Below, piece by piece: positions 25,701 through 36,786 of a DNA stretch of 64,000 nucleotides. The stretch is from Antechinus flavipes (Eukaryota). The DNA lies in assembly GCF_016432865.1 (NCBI RefSeq), contig NC_067398.1, positions 717,650,001 to 717,714,000 on the forward strand, given 5' to 3'. A program made the position numbers and the translations under genes. Position 1 is the first letter of the stretch; each line of letters begins with the position of its first letter. Below the pieces are notes generated by a model that ran no database searches, was not told the origin of the DNA, and saw only the letters and a program-made list of their open reading frames with translations.

Positions 25701-28700
25701 CGGAGCAGGAAGGAGTTGAGAATGAGGCTGGGGCAGCCCGGGGCCGGGCCCTCCTCTTTGGGCCTGGGGACTATGTTCTGGAGGGTATCACTGTCCACTC
25801 TGACAAAGAGAAGGCACGTTGCCGGCCTGAGCCCCAGAGCTCGGGACAGAGAAAATGTCCTGGTCCCCTCCAGCTTCAGGGAGCCAAGACCCCCGAGCCC
25901 CGCCGCCTCCTTTTCCCCCAGTGGGCCTCAGGGGCAGGTGGTGGAGAGTGACCCCAAAGGGAGACCCTCAGGACTGAGGAGGGCAGGAGAAGGGAGGGAG
26001 GGAAGTCTGTCTCTGCCCACCCCGCCCCCACTCTCCAGCCCAAGGCCTTACTTCTGCAGCAGAGTCTGCATCATGAGGGCCCCTGCTTCCACCTCCTGCC
26101 CGCGGGCACTGCTCAGGGCCTGACACGCCCGCTCCAACAGGGCTCCGGCCAAATCCACGGGCAGGGCAGGGGGGAAGTAGAGGTGCAGAAGGTGGGTGGC
26201 CGGCTCCCGGATCTGGGGGGGGGGGGGGAGCAGAGGTCGGAGGCTTGAGGGGCCTGGCTCAGGCTCTGCACCTGCACCCCGCGTTAGGACAGCACCCTCC
26301 GACCCATCTCCCTGCTTCTAACCCAAATGTGGACGGGCCGCAGACCTGCCCAGAGTCCTGTCGTCCTGGCTCTCATCCCCAGCCGCCTCTTAGACCTCCT
26401 GAAGCATCCCAGACCCCTCGGGCCCTCCCCTTTCTGAAGATATTTCTCTGGGAGGGGAGTCCTCATTCCTCCCCCCCCCAGGCTCACAGAGTGAAGGTCA
26501 TTCTCAGCTCCTCCCCTGCTCATCACCACCCCCATAGCCAAGCTTTGCAGCAGAGGGAATCTCCGTGCAGGGAGGTTTTTGCCTCAGTGACCTCACAGTC
26601 TGGACTAACTGACCCCCGCCCCCGTCCTAGGACGTCATCTAGCTCCTAGCACTAGAGCCGGGCGGGATCCCGGAGGCCCCCGAGTCCAGAGGAGGAGACA
26701 GGCCCAGGATCTGAACCCTGGGCTTGGACTCCACGGCCGGGGCTGCCGGGACAGGAAGGCTCTGCAAACACTCAGCTCCCCTAGACATGTCACAGATTCA
26801 TCAGACCTGGGGGGTGGGGGGGAGGTCACTCCTAAAGCCGAGGGTGGGGCCCCATCCGCTCCTCCCCGCCTCCCCGGCACCCCCTGCCTTCCCGGTCTCA
26901 CCTCACTGGTGCTGTCCTGAAGGCAACTGAGCAAGGCCAGCAAGGTGGCCCTTGAGGTGAAGTCCCAGCGGCCGCTGCGCCTGGCCCAGCTCAGCAAAGC
27001 CGCCATGTTGGCTGTGGGGCGATGGAGAGGGCCGGGGTCAGCGGGGAGGGGGTGGAGGTGGCAGGAGGAGGGTGAGAACAAGGTCGGAGGGGGGGAACTC
27101 ACGGGGAGGCTGGCCCTTCTTCCTCTCGGGGCTCCAGCTGTCCGTGCACGTGGCCAGCAGGGCCTCCAGCAGGAGCAGGGAAGTCCTTCGGCGCTGGAAG
27201 CCCGAGGCCGGGCCCAGCTGGGAGACACTGAGCTGCAGGAGCCACTCCACGAAGTCTGCGGGTGACAAGAGGAGGCTGGAAAGGCCCCACACGGGGGCCT
27301 CCCCCAGGAGCCCACATTCTCCCCCAGGGGGCCCACAAAGCCCGCCGGGAGTCCACGTCTCAGGCGCCTGCGGCCCCCAGCCCACCTCCTTAAGCCCCGG
27401 TCAGAGTCCACTCCCTCAGGTCCCACCCCCAAGGTCTCCAGGGTCTCCAGGTCTCCAGCTCCCTCCCCAGCCCAGCAGGGCCCCAGCAGCAGCCCAGGGA
27501 GCAGGCGTGGGCTCACCTCCGGTGAGCAGGAGAGGCTCCGGGCTGGGCCTGAGCCTGCTTCCCCCTGGCCGCGGAGCACAGCCAGGGCACTGTCCCGAAG
27601 CCGGCCTAGGAGCCTGCTCACGGTCGCCTGCAGCAGCTGCCGGAAAGAGGCCGAGGAGCCACTGAGGTTCAGCCAGAGGAAGCCCTGGAGGACGGCCAGC
27701 TCCTCGGGGCCGGGGGCCTGGGCAGAGCCAGGCCCCCCACACAAGAGGCTCGCCCCCGCCAGGCGCACGGCCTCGTCGCCACACGCCAAGCACGCGGCCA
27801 CGCGGGCCGGGAGCTGGCCGGCTGCCCAGGGGGCCTGGCCCAGAGCCTTGCGAGTCTTCTGCAGGGCTGCCCAGCCCCGAAGGCGGGCCAAGCCCGGGCC
27901 TGCAAAAGCCTTCTCCAGGAGGCCGGCGGAGGCCGGGAAGAGCTGGAGGGTGTGGGGGAGCAGGGAGCTGGCTGCCCGGCCCTGCAGGGCCGCCACTGGG
28001 GACTGCAGGGCCTCCGCCACGGGGGGCAGCCAGTGCCGGGCCCACCGCTCAGCCAGGGCCTCCTCGCCGGCCCCGGCCCCTGGGACGGCCCACTCCCCCC
28101 GCTGGGCTTGCAGGAAGCAGCGGTAGGTGTCCACGGCCGGGGGGCTCAGGGGATTGGTGGAGAGGCAGAGCAGGAGCTGCTGCGGGAGCTCAGGGAGCGC
28201 AGCCAGGACCTGGAGGGACAGGGCCACGTCAGCCACGGCGCCCGCCTGCCAGGCTACCCCCTCCGACCACAGGCCCACCCGGAAGCCCAGGAAAGGGGCA
28301 CCGTGCCCTCTGCCCGCTCCAGTCGGGTCCCGCTGGCCATGGGCCACGGGCCACGGGAGCTGTGGCCGAGAACCGCCCAGGGCTGGGAACGCCCTGCTCC
28401 CCCTTCCTGAAGCCCCAGTGCACCCTGGGTCAGTTGCCTTGCCCCCTCTACCAGGCACTAGCAGGGAGCTCCAACATCCTTCAGTCTGGCCCAGGAAGGC
28501 CACAGGGCCCCTGCTCGGCCCTGGCCATGGTGCTGAAATGCTGCCCACCAGGACTGGGGCTCCCCCCCGCCCCCCAGCCCTCCGCTGCCCAGAGCAGCCG
28601 CTAAAACCTGGCTCTGGGAGCCCCTCATCTCCTCCCCCTTGTCCCCCCCCACTGTTCTGAGCCCTGAGGGAGGGCGCTCACCCTTTCCGAGCCCAGGAAG

Positions 28701-31700
28701 GGAAGCAAGGCGCAGAGGACGGGGTAGCGGGCCTTGGTCGGCCAGGGCAGGCCCCGGACCCTCTCTAGGAGCTCCTCATAGAGGGGCCGCTCTGCTCCAT
28801 CCCCGAGGTGCTCGCACTCCTTCCCATAGAGCTCCAGAAAGAGGCTGAAGGCGCGCAGAGTCGCCTCGGACAGGCCTTCCAGCTGTGGGGAGGCACAAGC
28901 CCCATGTGCCAGAGAAGGGCTGCCTCCTCCCCCTCCCTCCCCCTCGCTCCCCTCCCCATGTGCCAGGGAAGGGCTGCCTCCTCCCCCTCCCTCTCGCTCC
29001 CTCCCCCTCCCCGTGTGCCAGGGAAGGGCTGCCTCCTTCCTGCCCCTCCCCCACGCAGGCTTTGGCACTTCTCCTCTCTCTCCCTCCCTCTCTCAGCCGC
29101 GCTGCCGCTGGTGGAGACGCCTCCGCCTGCTCTGGGACTTGGGGCTCGCGCCTGGGACTGCTTATCACTCCCCCCCACCCCGTTACAGACCCGGGGCTGC
29201 CCCCGAGCTCCCAGCTGGAGATCGGAGCAGGAGTTTGGGGGCCCAAGCCGCGGGTGTTTCCGCCATCATGGTGTCAGACCAGCCCCCGCAGTGTGCCCAG
29301 GGCCACATCCCTGGCTCCATCTTCCCGGGCCCTTCCAGGGGCCTCGCCGCCCACTCTGCACAAGGGACTCCGACACCGGGAGGAGAGGGAGGCCCAGCCT
29401 GGCCTAGGGGGAGTCTCCTACCGGGCTCTCGGTGTTGCTCCAGATGAACTGAGTCAGCCGCAGGGCCCCCTGGGAGGTCCCGCTCAGGAGTCGCCCCATC
29501 CAGATGCCGGGGGTGCTTTCGTGGAGCCGTCGCAGCCACAGCAAAAAAGCTGGGAAGGGGCAGCGGACACTGTCAGGCCCCTGGCCCTGGGGGTCTGTCT
29601 GAGACCCCCTGTGTGCCCAAGGCCTTCCGGTGAGGCCCCCAGGCCAGGAGCTTCATCCCACTTCCCAGGGCCCGGCCCTCGCTCGGCCAGAACCACTGTC
29701 CAGTATCAGGGCCGCCTGTGGCCTCCTCCCCTCCCACCCAAGGCCAAGACTGTTGCTGTGTGGGGACTCTGGCTTCTCCCCAGAGGAAACCTATCCCCAG
29801 AAGCTCTGCTCCCAAACGCCAACCTAGGCCTGGAAATTCTCCTCCTGCCCCAGGCCCCCAGCCCCAGCAGGCCCCAGGTCCCAGGCCCCCAGCCCTAGCA
29901 GGCCCCAGGCTCCAAGCCCCCAGCCCCAGCAGGCCCCGGGTCCCAGGCCCCCAGCCCCAGCAGGCCCTGCCCCCATCATCCATTCCCACTGGCCCCAAGA
30001 GTCCTCACCCTGCAGGAGGAAGGCACGGTAGTCCATGTTCTTCTCGCTCCAGCCTGGGCCAACGGGGGGTATCAGGGCCCCCAGCAGCAGACAGGCCTGG
30101 GATTTGGGGGGAAACGCTATGAAGAAAGTGGCCAGCGTGGCCCCAAGGCTCGGGAGCAGAGGAGGGGGCCCTCGGGGACAGCCTCGCCCAGGCAGGGCAG
30201 ACGCCCCTGGCAAATCCCTGGGCTGACATGAGGATGTGAGGGCCGAGTGGGGCCCCTCAGCCCCTCTGCCTCCTCATTCCTCGGTTCAGGGCACCCTTGC
30301 CACCAGGGCCTCCTCCAGGCCCCCCAAGTCCAGGCCAGGACTCACCTTCCCCCCAGGGGGCCTGAAGGTCAGGATGTCCTTCCTGCAGGAGGTCAGAAGG
30401 CCTCGGCTCAGCACCAGGTCCTCCAGCCCATCGGGGTTCATGGGGGGCACAGCCACCCGGAGCCCCCCAAGCCTCTGCTCCCCAGGGTCTAAGGACAAAC
30501 CAACCCGCTCAGAGGAGCCTCCTCCCTTCCCCTGACCGCTCCCTCCGGGCCGAGGCCGCCCAGACCGGCTCCGCTTTCGGCCAGAGGCTCCCTGAGGTTC
30601 GGCTCAGGGCCCACTAGTGACACCCCGACTTCCCGAGGAGGCTCCTGCGCCCTGAGTGAGAGTCCCGAGGGCAGCCCCGGGAGTCCGGCCGACGGCCCGC
30701 ACTGAGTGCAGGGACACTGCTCGGCTCGGGCCCGGGGCCCGGGAGAGGCCGGGAAGGGCTGGCCTCCGGCTCGTCTCTCGCAGCCTCACCTGGGCCGAGC
30801 AGCCGCAGCAGCTGAGACACCGCGCCGGCCCCCGCCTCCGGCGTGGGGGCCGCGTTCACCAGCATGCCCAGGGCTGTGCCAGCCAGAAGCCGGGCATCCT
30901 TGCTGGCCACCTGCAGAAGGGCAAGAGCTGAAGCAGGCGGGCTCCCCTGGGGGCGGTCAGCAGGCCCCGCCCCCTTGGCCCGGGCCACAGGGCTGGCTCT
31001 CAGCCTCAGAAAAGTCTCCTCACCTTTCCCAGGACCACTTGCACCAGGGACTGAAGGATGCTTGCCAGGGGCTCCCCGCCCCCTGCTGGGCTCCAGGTCC
31101 GGGCCCCCACCTCCTCGGGCATGCTCTGGAAAAGCTGGAGGACTAGCTGTGGGCAGAGATCGGGCCCATCCCCCGGTGTGACCGCCAGCCGGCCCCGCCC
31201 CCCTCCCACGGGCCCCCGGAGGGCTTTGGGGCTCTGGGGGCGGCCCTGAGCCCCCCGGGGGCCGCCATCAGGCAGCGCACTCATTGGGGCTCTTGGCCGT
31301 GACCGCTCGGGCCCAGCTTTCCCGGGTGGGGATCCAGGGAGAAAAGGGGGCCCACCTTCACCGCGTGGCAGGCCCGCTCCCCGGCCCCGGCGGCGGGGTC
31401 CCGTAGCACGGAGGCCAGGGTGGAGGCCGCGCGGCCCAGCAGGCTGCCCAGGGCGTGTCTCCAGTGTTCTCGCGCCAGGCTGCTCTCCTCCAGGAACAGA
31501 CACACTGGGCAGAGGGGCCCGCGGGGTCAGGCGGTGGGCACGACGAGGGATCCCCCACCCCAAGGAGCCCCGCCAAGCATGGCCCCCCCTCCCGGGCCTC
31601 CCAGCTCGAGGTCGGAAGGTGGGCGGCCAGAGCTGTGGCCCCGGTTCCCAGGACAAAGGCCTGGCCTCTGCCCATTCTCTGGCCCCGTCCCTAGGGACGG

Positions 31701-34086
31701 GACCCAGTCTCAGAATGGGGGAGGAGCGGGGCAGGGGAGGAACTGACCTGTGCGAAGCTCTCCCAGAGTCAAGGCCTAGAAGGGAAGGGAAGGGAGGGGC
31801 AGGCGTCAGCCCCCACAGAGGGCCCGGGCCCGTCACTGCCCACCCCACCCCCACTCCCAGCCCCCCTCACCTGCTGGCCCTGGGTCAAATGGCCCAGCAT
31901 CCCGGCCACTTCCTCGGACGCCACGCTCTCCCTCCCTGCAGCCAATGTGGCCACAATCTGCAGGAAGGGCAAAGGGGGTGAAATGCAACCAAAAGGGGGC
32001 CAGAGCTCGAGCTGGGGGGGGGGCTCTGTCAATCTGTGGGTCCTTGAGTGGGCTCCAGACCCAGAAAGCTCCTCTGCTGGAGGCCCCCAGTGTCGCTGTC
32101 ATGATATCAGCTCCCTGGGAGCAGCTTCCCAACTGGGACCAACCTTTCTTCCTCCTTTCTTCCCTTCTTTCTTCTTTCCTTCCTTCCTCCTTCTTTCGCT
32201 ACTTCCTCGGTCCCTCCAGCCCTCCTTGCTTCTTTCCTTCCTTCTCTTCCTTCCCTCCCTTCTTCTCTCCTCCATCGCTCTCTTCCTTCCTTATTCTTTT
32301 TCTCCCCCTTTTCTTCCTTCATCCTTTTCTTCCTTCCTCCCTCCTTTCTTTCCTTCCCTCCCTCCTTTCTTTCCTTCCTTCTACCTTTCCCACCTCCTTT
32401 TTTTCCTTCTCTCCATCCCCTTCCTTTTCTCCTTCCTTCCCTCCCTTCTTGCCCTCCTTTATCCCTTCTTCCCTTCCTCCTACCCCCTTCCTTTTTCTTC
32501 TTTCCTTCCCTCTCTCCCTCCCCTTCCTTCCTTCCCTCCTGTTCTTCCTCTCCCTCACTTCTTCCTTTTACTCTTCCCCTCCTTTCTTTTTTTCTTCCTT
32601 CCTTCGTTCCCTCTCCTCCTTGTTTCTCTCCCTCCTTTTTTCCTCCCTCCCCCCTTCCTTCCTTCCTCCTCCTGTCATTGAAGGTTCTCCCCATCTACGT
32701 TCCCATCTCTGGCTCTCTCTTTACCCCCCCCCCATGCACCGTGGGTTCCCCGCCCCCCTTCAGGGCACTTGCTCGTGCTGGTCCCCCCTCACTCAGACTC
32801 TCAGAGCTTTGGACTCAGTTTGCCCCTTCCCCTGACCCGGGCACAGCCCCTCTAGGAGGAAGCTGTACAGCTATCAGCAACCCATTTGACAGATGATGAA
32901 ACTGAGGGTCTGAGAGACTGGGGGTGACGGGGTCCCAGCCGGGAAAGGACGCACTCCAACTCCGAGACGCCCCCTCCCGGCCAGGCCGGCAAGTTCAGGG
33001 TTATGGGGTCTCCCAGCCTGACCGGGGGAGCTGGCTCTGAATCCGGGCCCTGCCCTCAGTGTCACTGGGCGCCCCTCCCCCCTCCGGGGCCCGGGGCAGG
33101 GGAGGGCGGTCTGGGCGGGCACCCACCTTCTCCAGCTTGCGGAAGGCCCCCAGGCTGCCCGTGGCCTCGAGCTGGCAGCTCAGGAGGCAGCGCAGGAAGG
33201 GCTGGGCCTCGGGGGCCGCCAGCTGGGCCCAGGCCTGGCTCAGAGCGGGCAAGAGGCTCCCGGCCTGCGCCAGGCTCTGCTCCTGGCACCGGCGGCCAGA
33301 GGCCCTGCAGGGATAGGACGGTGCGCTGGTCAGTGACCCCCCTGGGGGAAGGGCGCCCCCACCCACCAAACCAGCTGGCACTGAGCCCCTCCCCCCGCAC
33401 TGGGCTCAGTCCCGCCTCGGCCCCAGCTTAGCCCAAACCCAAAACCGAAGGTTTCATCGGCCCCCCCCTCACCCCCCCCTAACATCCACGTGCGCCCCCC
33501 CCCCCCACAGCGAGTGACCTGGGGTGGGGGTGGGGCTCTCGGGGAGCCCGACCTTGCTGGGGCGGGGCGGGCCATGCTCGCAGTGCTCTCCCTCCCCCGT
33601 GCAAGGGCGGGGGGCCCGAGGTGACGCGGGCTCAGGGGGCCTCAGGCAGGAGCCATGAAGGGAGACAAAGGGAAGGGCAGACTTTGCACACGGTCAGTGC
33701 TTCATAAATGTTTGAATGACAGGGATATGGAGGACTCTGGGAGAGACAGGTTTGCGCAAAGAGGCAGAGAGACGCAGGGCCCGAGCCCCAAACCTAGACA
33801 AGCCCAGAAGTCAGAGATGGAAGTCGGCTCCATCCCTTAGGCGTCCGGCGCCCCCTGGAGGCGGAAAATATCTCGGCACGGGAAGGACAGAGGTGGGCGG
33901 GGCCTCGCTGAAGGGCGGGGAGATTGAGGGAGGGATCCATTCTAGAGGGAAAGAAGCCGAGGCTCGGGGGCGGGGCCCGGCTCACCCGGCGAATCGTTGG
34001 AGCATGCGCAGCAGTTCTAGCAGGGCAGGCGGCGTGGCAGGGCCGCAGCTGGCCAGGCAGAGGCGGGTCTGGTGCTCGGCGCCCAT
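13758..34086 (-). CDS. THADA/Trm732-family armadillo/HEAT-repeat protein paralog (DUF2428 region), 31 exons, about 1910 aa, one apparent 1-nt frameshift in exon 12
   Basis: Exons 5'->3' on minus, all GT-AG: 34086-33986, 33304-33127, 31957-31871, 31775-31748, 31504-31356, 31146-31024, 30910-30790, 30488-30346, 30096-30009, 29549-29422, 28882-28682, 28209-27517, 27255-27103, 27011-26902, 26212-26052, 25799-25630, 24947-24768, 24609-24446, 23835-23686, 23461-23357, 23237-23037, 22362-22212, 22120-21889, 20878-20657, 20513-20309, 19988-19785, 19576-19347, 17928-17752, 16751-16485, 14973-14768, 14161-13758 (TAG). 29 of 30 junctions are phase-compatible; total 5732 nt is 1 short of a multiple of 3. 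Strong Kozak GCCACCGCCTCCATGG. THADA-family motifs: LPWPTKARY, ILTCCWISAKE, RCRHWGALE, VTRRAAGFP, DLPQVSALHVL, CWAMRNA, LLQDEDQAVR, LYEEDGANFFAE. Confidence 0.85.
14330..14582. repeat. CA-rich low-complexity repeat (intron 30 of THADA-like gene)
   Basis: Degenerate (CA)n/(CACAT)n tract; gives H/T-rich and C/V-rich pseudo-ORFs. Confidence 0.85.
15228..16238. repeat. Minisatellite, about 27-28 bp unit (ctagcagctgacccaggctagccccatc), about 35 visible copies, running into an assembly gap
   Basis: Visible tandem units with variant ends (cccactt/gacccctt/ccccatc); abuts the N-run. Confidence 0.95.
16239..16413. other. Assembly gap (175 N)
   Basis: Run of n characters. Confidence 1.
21211..21415 (+). 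mobile_element. 5'-truncated young LINE-1 3' end with poly(A) tail and 14-bp target-site duplication
   Basis: ACTAATGCAAGTAA at 21197-21210 and 21416-21429; internal G-rich L1 3' UTR, AATAAA 21370-21375 and an A-tail. Antisense to the host gene, intron 23. Confidence 0.9.
21605..21850. repeat. GC-rich minisatellite (about 30 bp, ggggcccggcctccctccccctccccccccac); G-run rich on the minus strand
   Basis: About 8 tandem copies in intron 23. Confidence 0.9.
22545..22755. repeat. Minisatellite, 24-25 bp unit (gggaggggcctgagaatggggggt), about 9 copies
   Basis: Visible tandem units; GWEGPENG repeats in the ORF track. Intron 21. Confidence 0.95.
28900..29050. repeat. Short tandem repeat, about 55 bp x3 (cccatgtgccagggaagggctgcctcctcc...)
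   Basis: Copies begin near 28901, 28955 and 29011, just upstream of the exon 11 acceptor. Confidence 0.8.
29850..29968. repeat. Short tandem repeat, about 31 bp x4 (ccaggcccccagccccagcaggccccaggtc)
   Basis: Visible tandem copies in intron 9. Confidence 0.8.
32140..32670. repeat. TC-rich (TTCC)n low-complexity tract
   Basis: Polypyrimidine tract in intron 2; gives F/S/P/L-rich and E/R/K/G-rich pseudo-ORFs. Confidence 0.95.
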
Positions 34087-34400
34087 GGAGGCGGTGGCGA
34101 CGGCCCCTGGCTGTCGAGAGGTTTCCGGCGGGTCCGTGATTCGCGGGGAGCGAGCCTCCGGCGTGCACTCCCGGCTCCGTGCCGGCTTCCGGGCCACCGA
34201 GCGCGGCCTTTCCCCCCCGCTGGCGCCTGTACGCGTACGCGATACCGGACAGCGCCCCCAGCGGCTCGGAGGGCTGTTACCCGGGGAGGGGCGGGGAGCC
34301 GAGGCTGCGAGAAGGGAGGAGGTAGAGGGAGGAGCTAGAGCGCCGGGAGGGCGGGCTGCCGGAGGCCCGAAGCCGACTGGGACCCTGTCAGAGATCTGGG
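33900..34400 (-). promoter_or_regulatory. CpG island/promoter and first exon of the THADA-like gene
   Basis: Dense CpG and GC boxes around the ATG at 34086; palindrome GTACGCGTAC at 34229-34238. Confidence 0.65.
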
Positions 34401-35939
34401 ACCAGCCTGACCACTAGTGAAGACACGGGGATGGGGAGGGACAGGGCTCGGAGACCGGAAAACGGTCCGAGACAGAGTCACCGAGCTTTGAAGAAGCCTG
34501 CGCCTAGCGGGTGCCAGTGCTGGGGAAGGAGGGACAGGGACCCCGGAGGGAGGCCGAGGCTCCGGGAGGGCTCCTCCTGCGGTTGACCGGCTACACCTTG
34601 TTTGCACGTAATTGTTTGCCGTTAGATCGGCGCTCCGTGTCCGAAGAGATCGTTTTCCTCTTTCCTGGTTTTTAATGCACTTAATCACACTGCCTGGCAT
34701 ACAGCAGACACAATAAATGCTGACGGCAGCTGAAAGAGTCCGGGAGAACGGAAGGCAAACTGAGAAGGGACAGCGTCTCGGCCGTGTCATGTCCTGCTCC
34801 AGTCATGGCCGGTTTTATTCTTTGCTAGCACATAGGATTTGGTCCACCCACCATGTGGAAGAAACGCTGCAAGGTGCTGGGGATTCAGAATGAAAAGAAA
34901 CTGTCCCTGGCCTCCAGAAGCTTCCCTTCTACCGGGAGGAGGGCACAATGTATACATAGATAAGGAAATAGAAAGTAATTCTGGTCCCTTTCGCTGCTTT
35001 GCCCCTCACTACAGGACCCCGTTTCTCCCTTCCACCTGATCTCCCTGTCAGGTAGGATCTCCAAACTGAATATTCCCGGGTTGATTTATTCAGGCCTGAA
35101 TTCTGCTGAAGTCGGGATTCACGTCCCTAATTGCCTACCTTGACTTGGGGTCCTCCACCATCTTAAACCCAGCAAGGCCAAAACGGAAGGCGTCTAGTTT
35201 TCTCCGAAAGTTCTCTCTTCCTCCTAACTTTTCCTCCAGCTCACAGCCTAGGGGGCAGCCTATTACCAAGTCCCGTTAATTCAAAACATTTTCCATACGT
35301 AGGGCTATGGATTTGTCCATACGTACATATTTGCATGTATCTGTAGCTATTTACATAAAGTTATATTCACTCCTGACTCTTGGCAATAGCTTTGTGCTTG
35401 GTCCTCCCCTCAGCTCTGTCCCCGGTCCGATCCAACTCACCCCCCGAAACCCCCCCTCCCCCCACACACATGTCAAAGTGACCTTCCTTAAGCACAGACT
35501 TGACCCTGTCACCCTCTACTCAGTCAACGCCAGGGACGGCCTGTCACCTCCGGGGTCAGACACGAACTGCTCTGGTTGGTGCTGACAGCCCCCTCCTCAC
35601 GCCTCACTCCCCACCCCATCCTCTTCCGCCCAGTGCCCTCGCCACCCGGCTGCTCCACCAGCAAGACCCTCCATCTCTGGGCTCCGGCCATTGGGCGACC
35701 ACCGCCGCAGCTGGACCTCTCTGCTCTGCCCTCCCAGCTAACCTACGGAAGCTTCCCTATTTCCCACAATTCCAGCGCCTCCTTCTGGGGCTTATGTCCA
35801 AAGCTGCTCTGAACGGGTCTGATTTGCAGGTGCTCTCTCCCATTAGACTGGGGACTCCCCAAGGGCAGGGTCCGTCTTTGCCTCCCGGGGCTTCACATAG
35901 TTTGTGTCAGTGTTTAATAAATGCGGGTCTGATCCGACA

Positions 35940-36340
35940 GACTAGGAGGGCGTCGCGGGGAGGAGGAGGCGTGGCCTACAGGCCCGGTGCGCCCGGCCGC
36001 GGGCCCACGGGAATGAGAGATTGGCTCCGGGGAGCCGCCGTCGCCGCTCGGGAGCACGTGACCTCCGGCCACGCCTCCCCGTTCCCCGGGCAACCGCGCC
36101 CGCCCCGCCCTGTACCCGGAGGTCGTTGGCGCAGAGCGATGGCGTCGCCGTGACGTCACCGTCGCGCGCAGCCCGGACACCGGCTGGGAGCGCGCCGGCC
36201 GCCGCCGCGGCCACTGGTGGGGGCGGGTATCCTGGCCTCGGGTGGGTTGGGAGGGCGCGCGCCGTCTGCGCGGCGGGGCCCTGCCCGGCCACCGACGGAG
36301 GCCCGGCGCCGCACCCCCGAGGGAGGGCTTAGCCGGCCTC
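35940..36340 (+). promoter_or_regulatory. CpG-island promoter, probable non-coding first exon of the Myb/SANT gene
   Basis: Dense CpG; perfect CRE palindrome GTGACGTCAC 36150-36159, E-box CACGTGAC 36055-36062, reverse CCAAT (ATTGG) 36020-36024; the downstream coding exon starts at an acceptor and needs an upstream exon. Confidence 0.6.
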
Positions 36341-36344
36341 GTTC

Positions 36345-36490
36345 TGTTCTTATGCGACCCTCACAACCACCCTGGGAGGTAGGTGCCGTTGTGGCCCCCA
36401 TTTTACAGATGAGGAAACTGAGGCGCCAACAGGCTTGCTCGGGATCCCACAGCCCGCAAGTGTCAGAGGTTGGATTGGAACTCGGGTCTG
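36345..36490 (-). mobile_element. MIR fragment
   Basis: cccattttacagatgaggaaactgaggc, the reverse MIR core. Confidence 0.7.
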
Positions 36491-36786
36491 GGGCCCAGTG
36501 CCCCACCCACCCCATCCCGCCCCGCCCTCCTGGCCCCGCCCTCCCGTCCCCCTTCCCCGGCCTGAGAGGAGAGGAAGCCGCCCGGCGCACGGGCTAAGTA
36601 GATGTCAGCCGTGCCCCAAACACCAAAGGGAAACCCCGTGCGCCCCGAGAGATGAGATTGGGGAGGGGGCGGGCAGGCCCATCCCCAGAGGCTCCCCATT
36701 GGAACATTGGGGGACCCGCCCATAGGCATGGCCAAAAACAGGTTCCAGGAGAGGTAGGGGAGGCAATCAGGGACGGCTTAGAGCAG

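Noticed and set aside
31945-32835. ORFs of 296, 244 and 195 aa rich in F/S/P/L or E/K/R/G
   Set aside because: Polypyrimidine low-complexity tract in intron 2.
13758-34086. Calling this gene THADA itself
   Set aside because: Compact 20-kb, 31-exon structure, altered motifs and SLC25A1 linkage do not fit canonical THADA; symbol withheld pending phylogeny.
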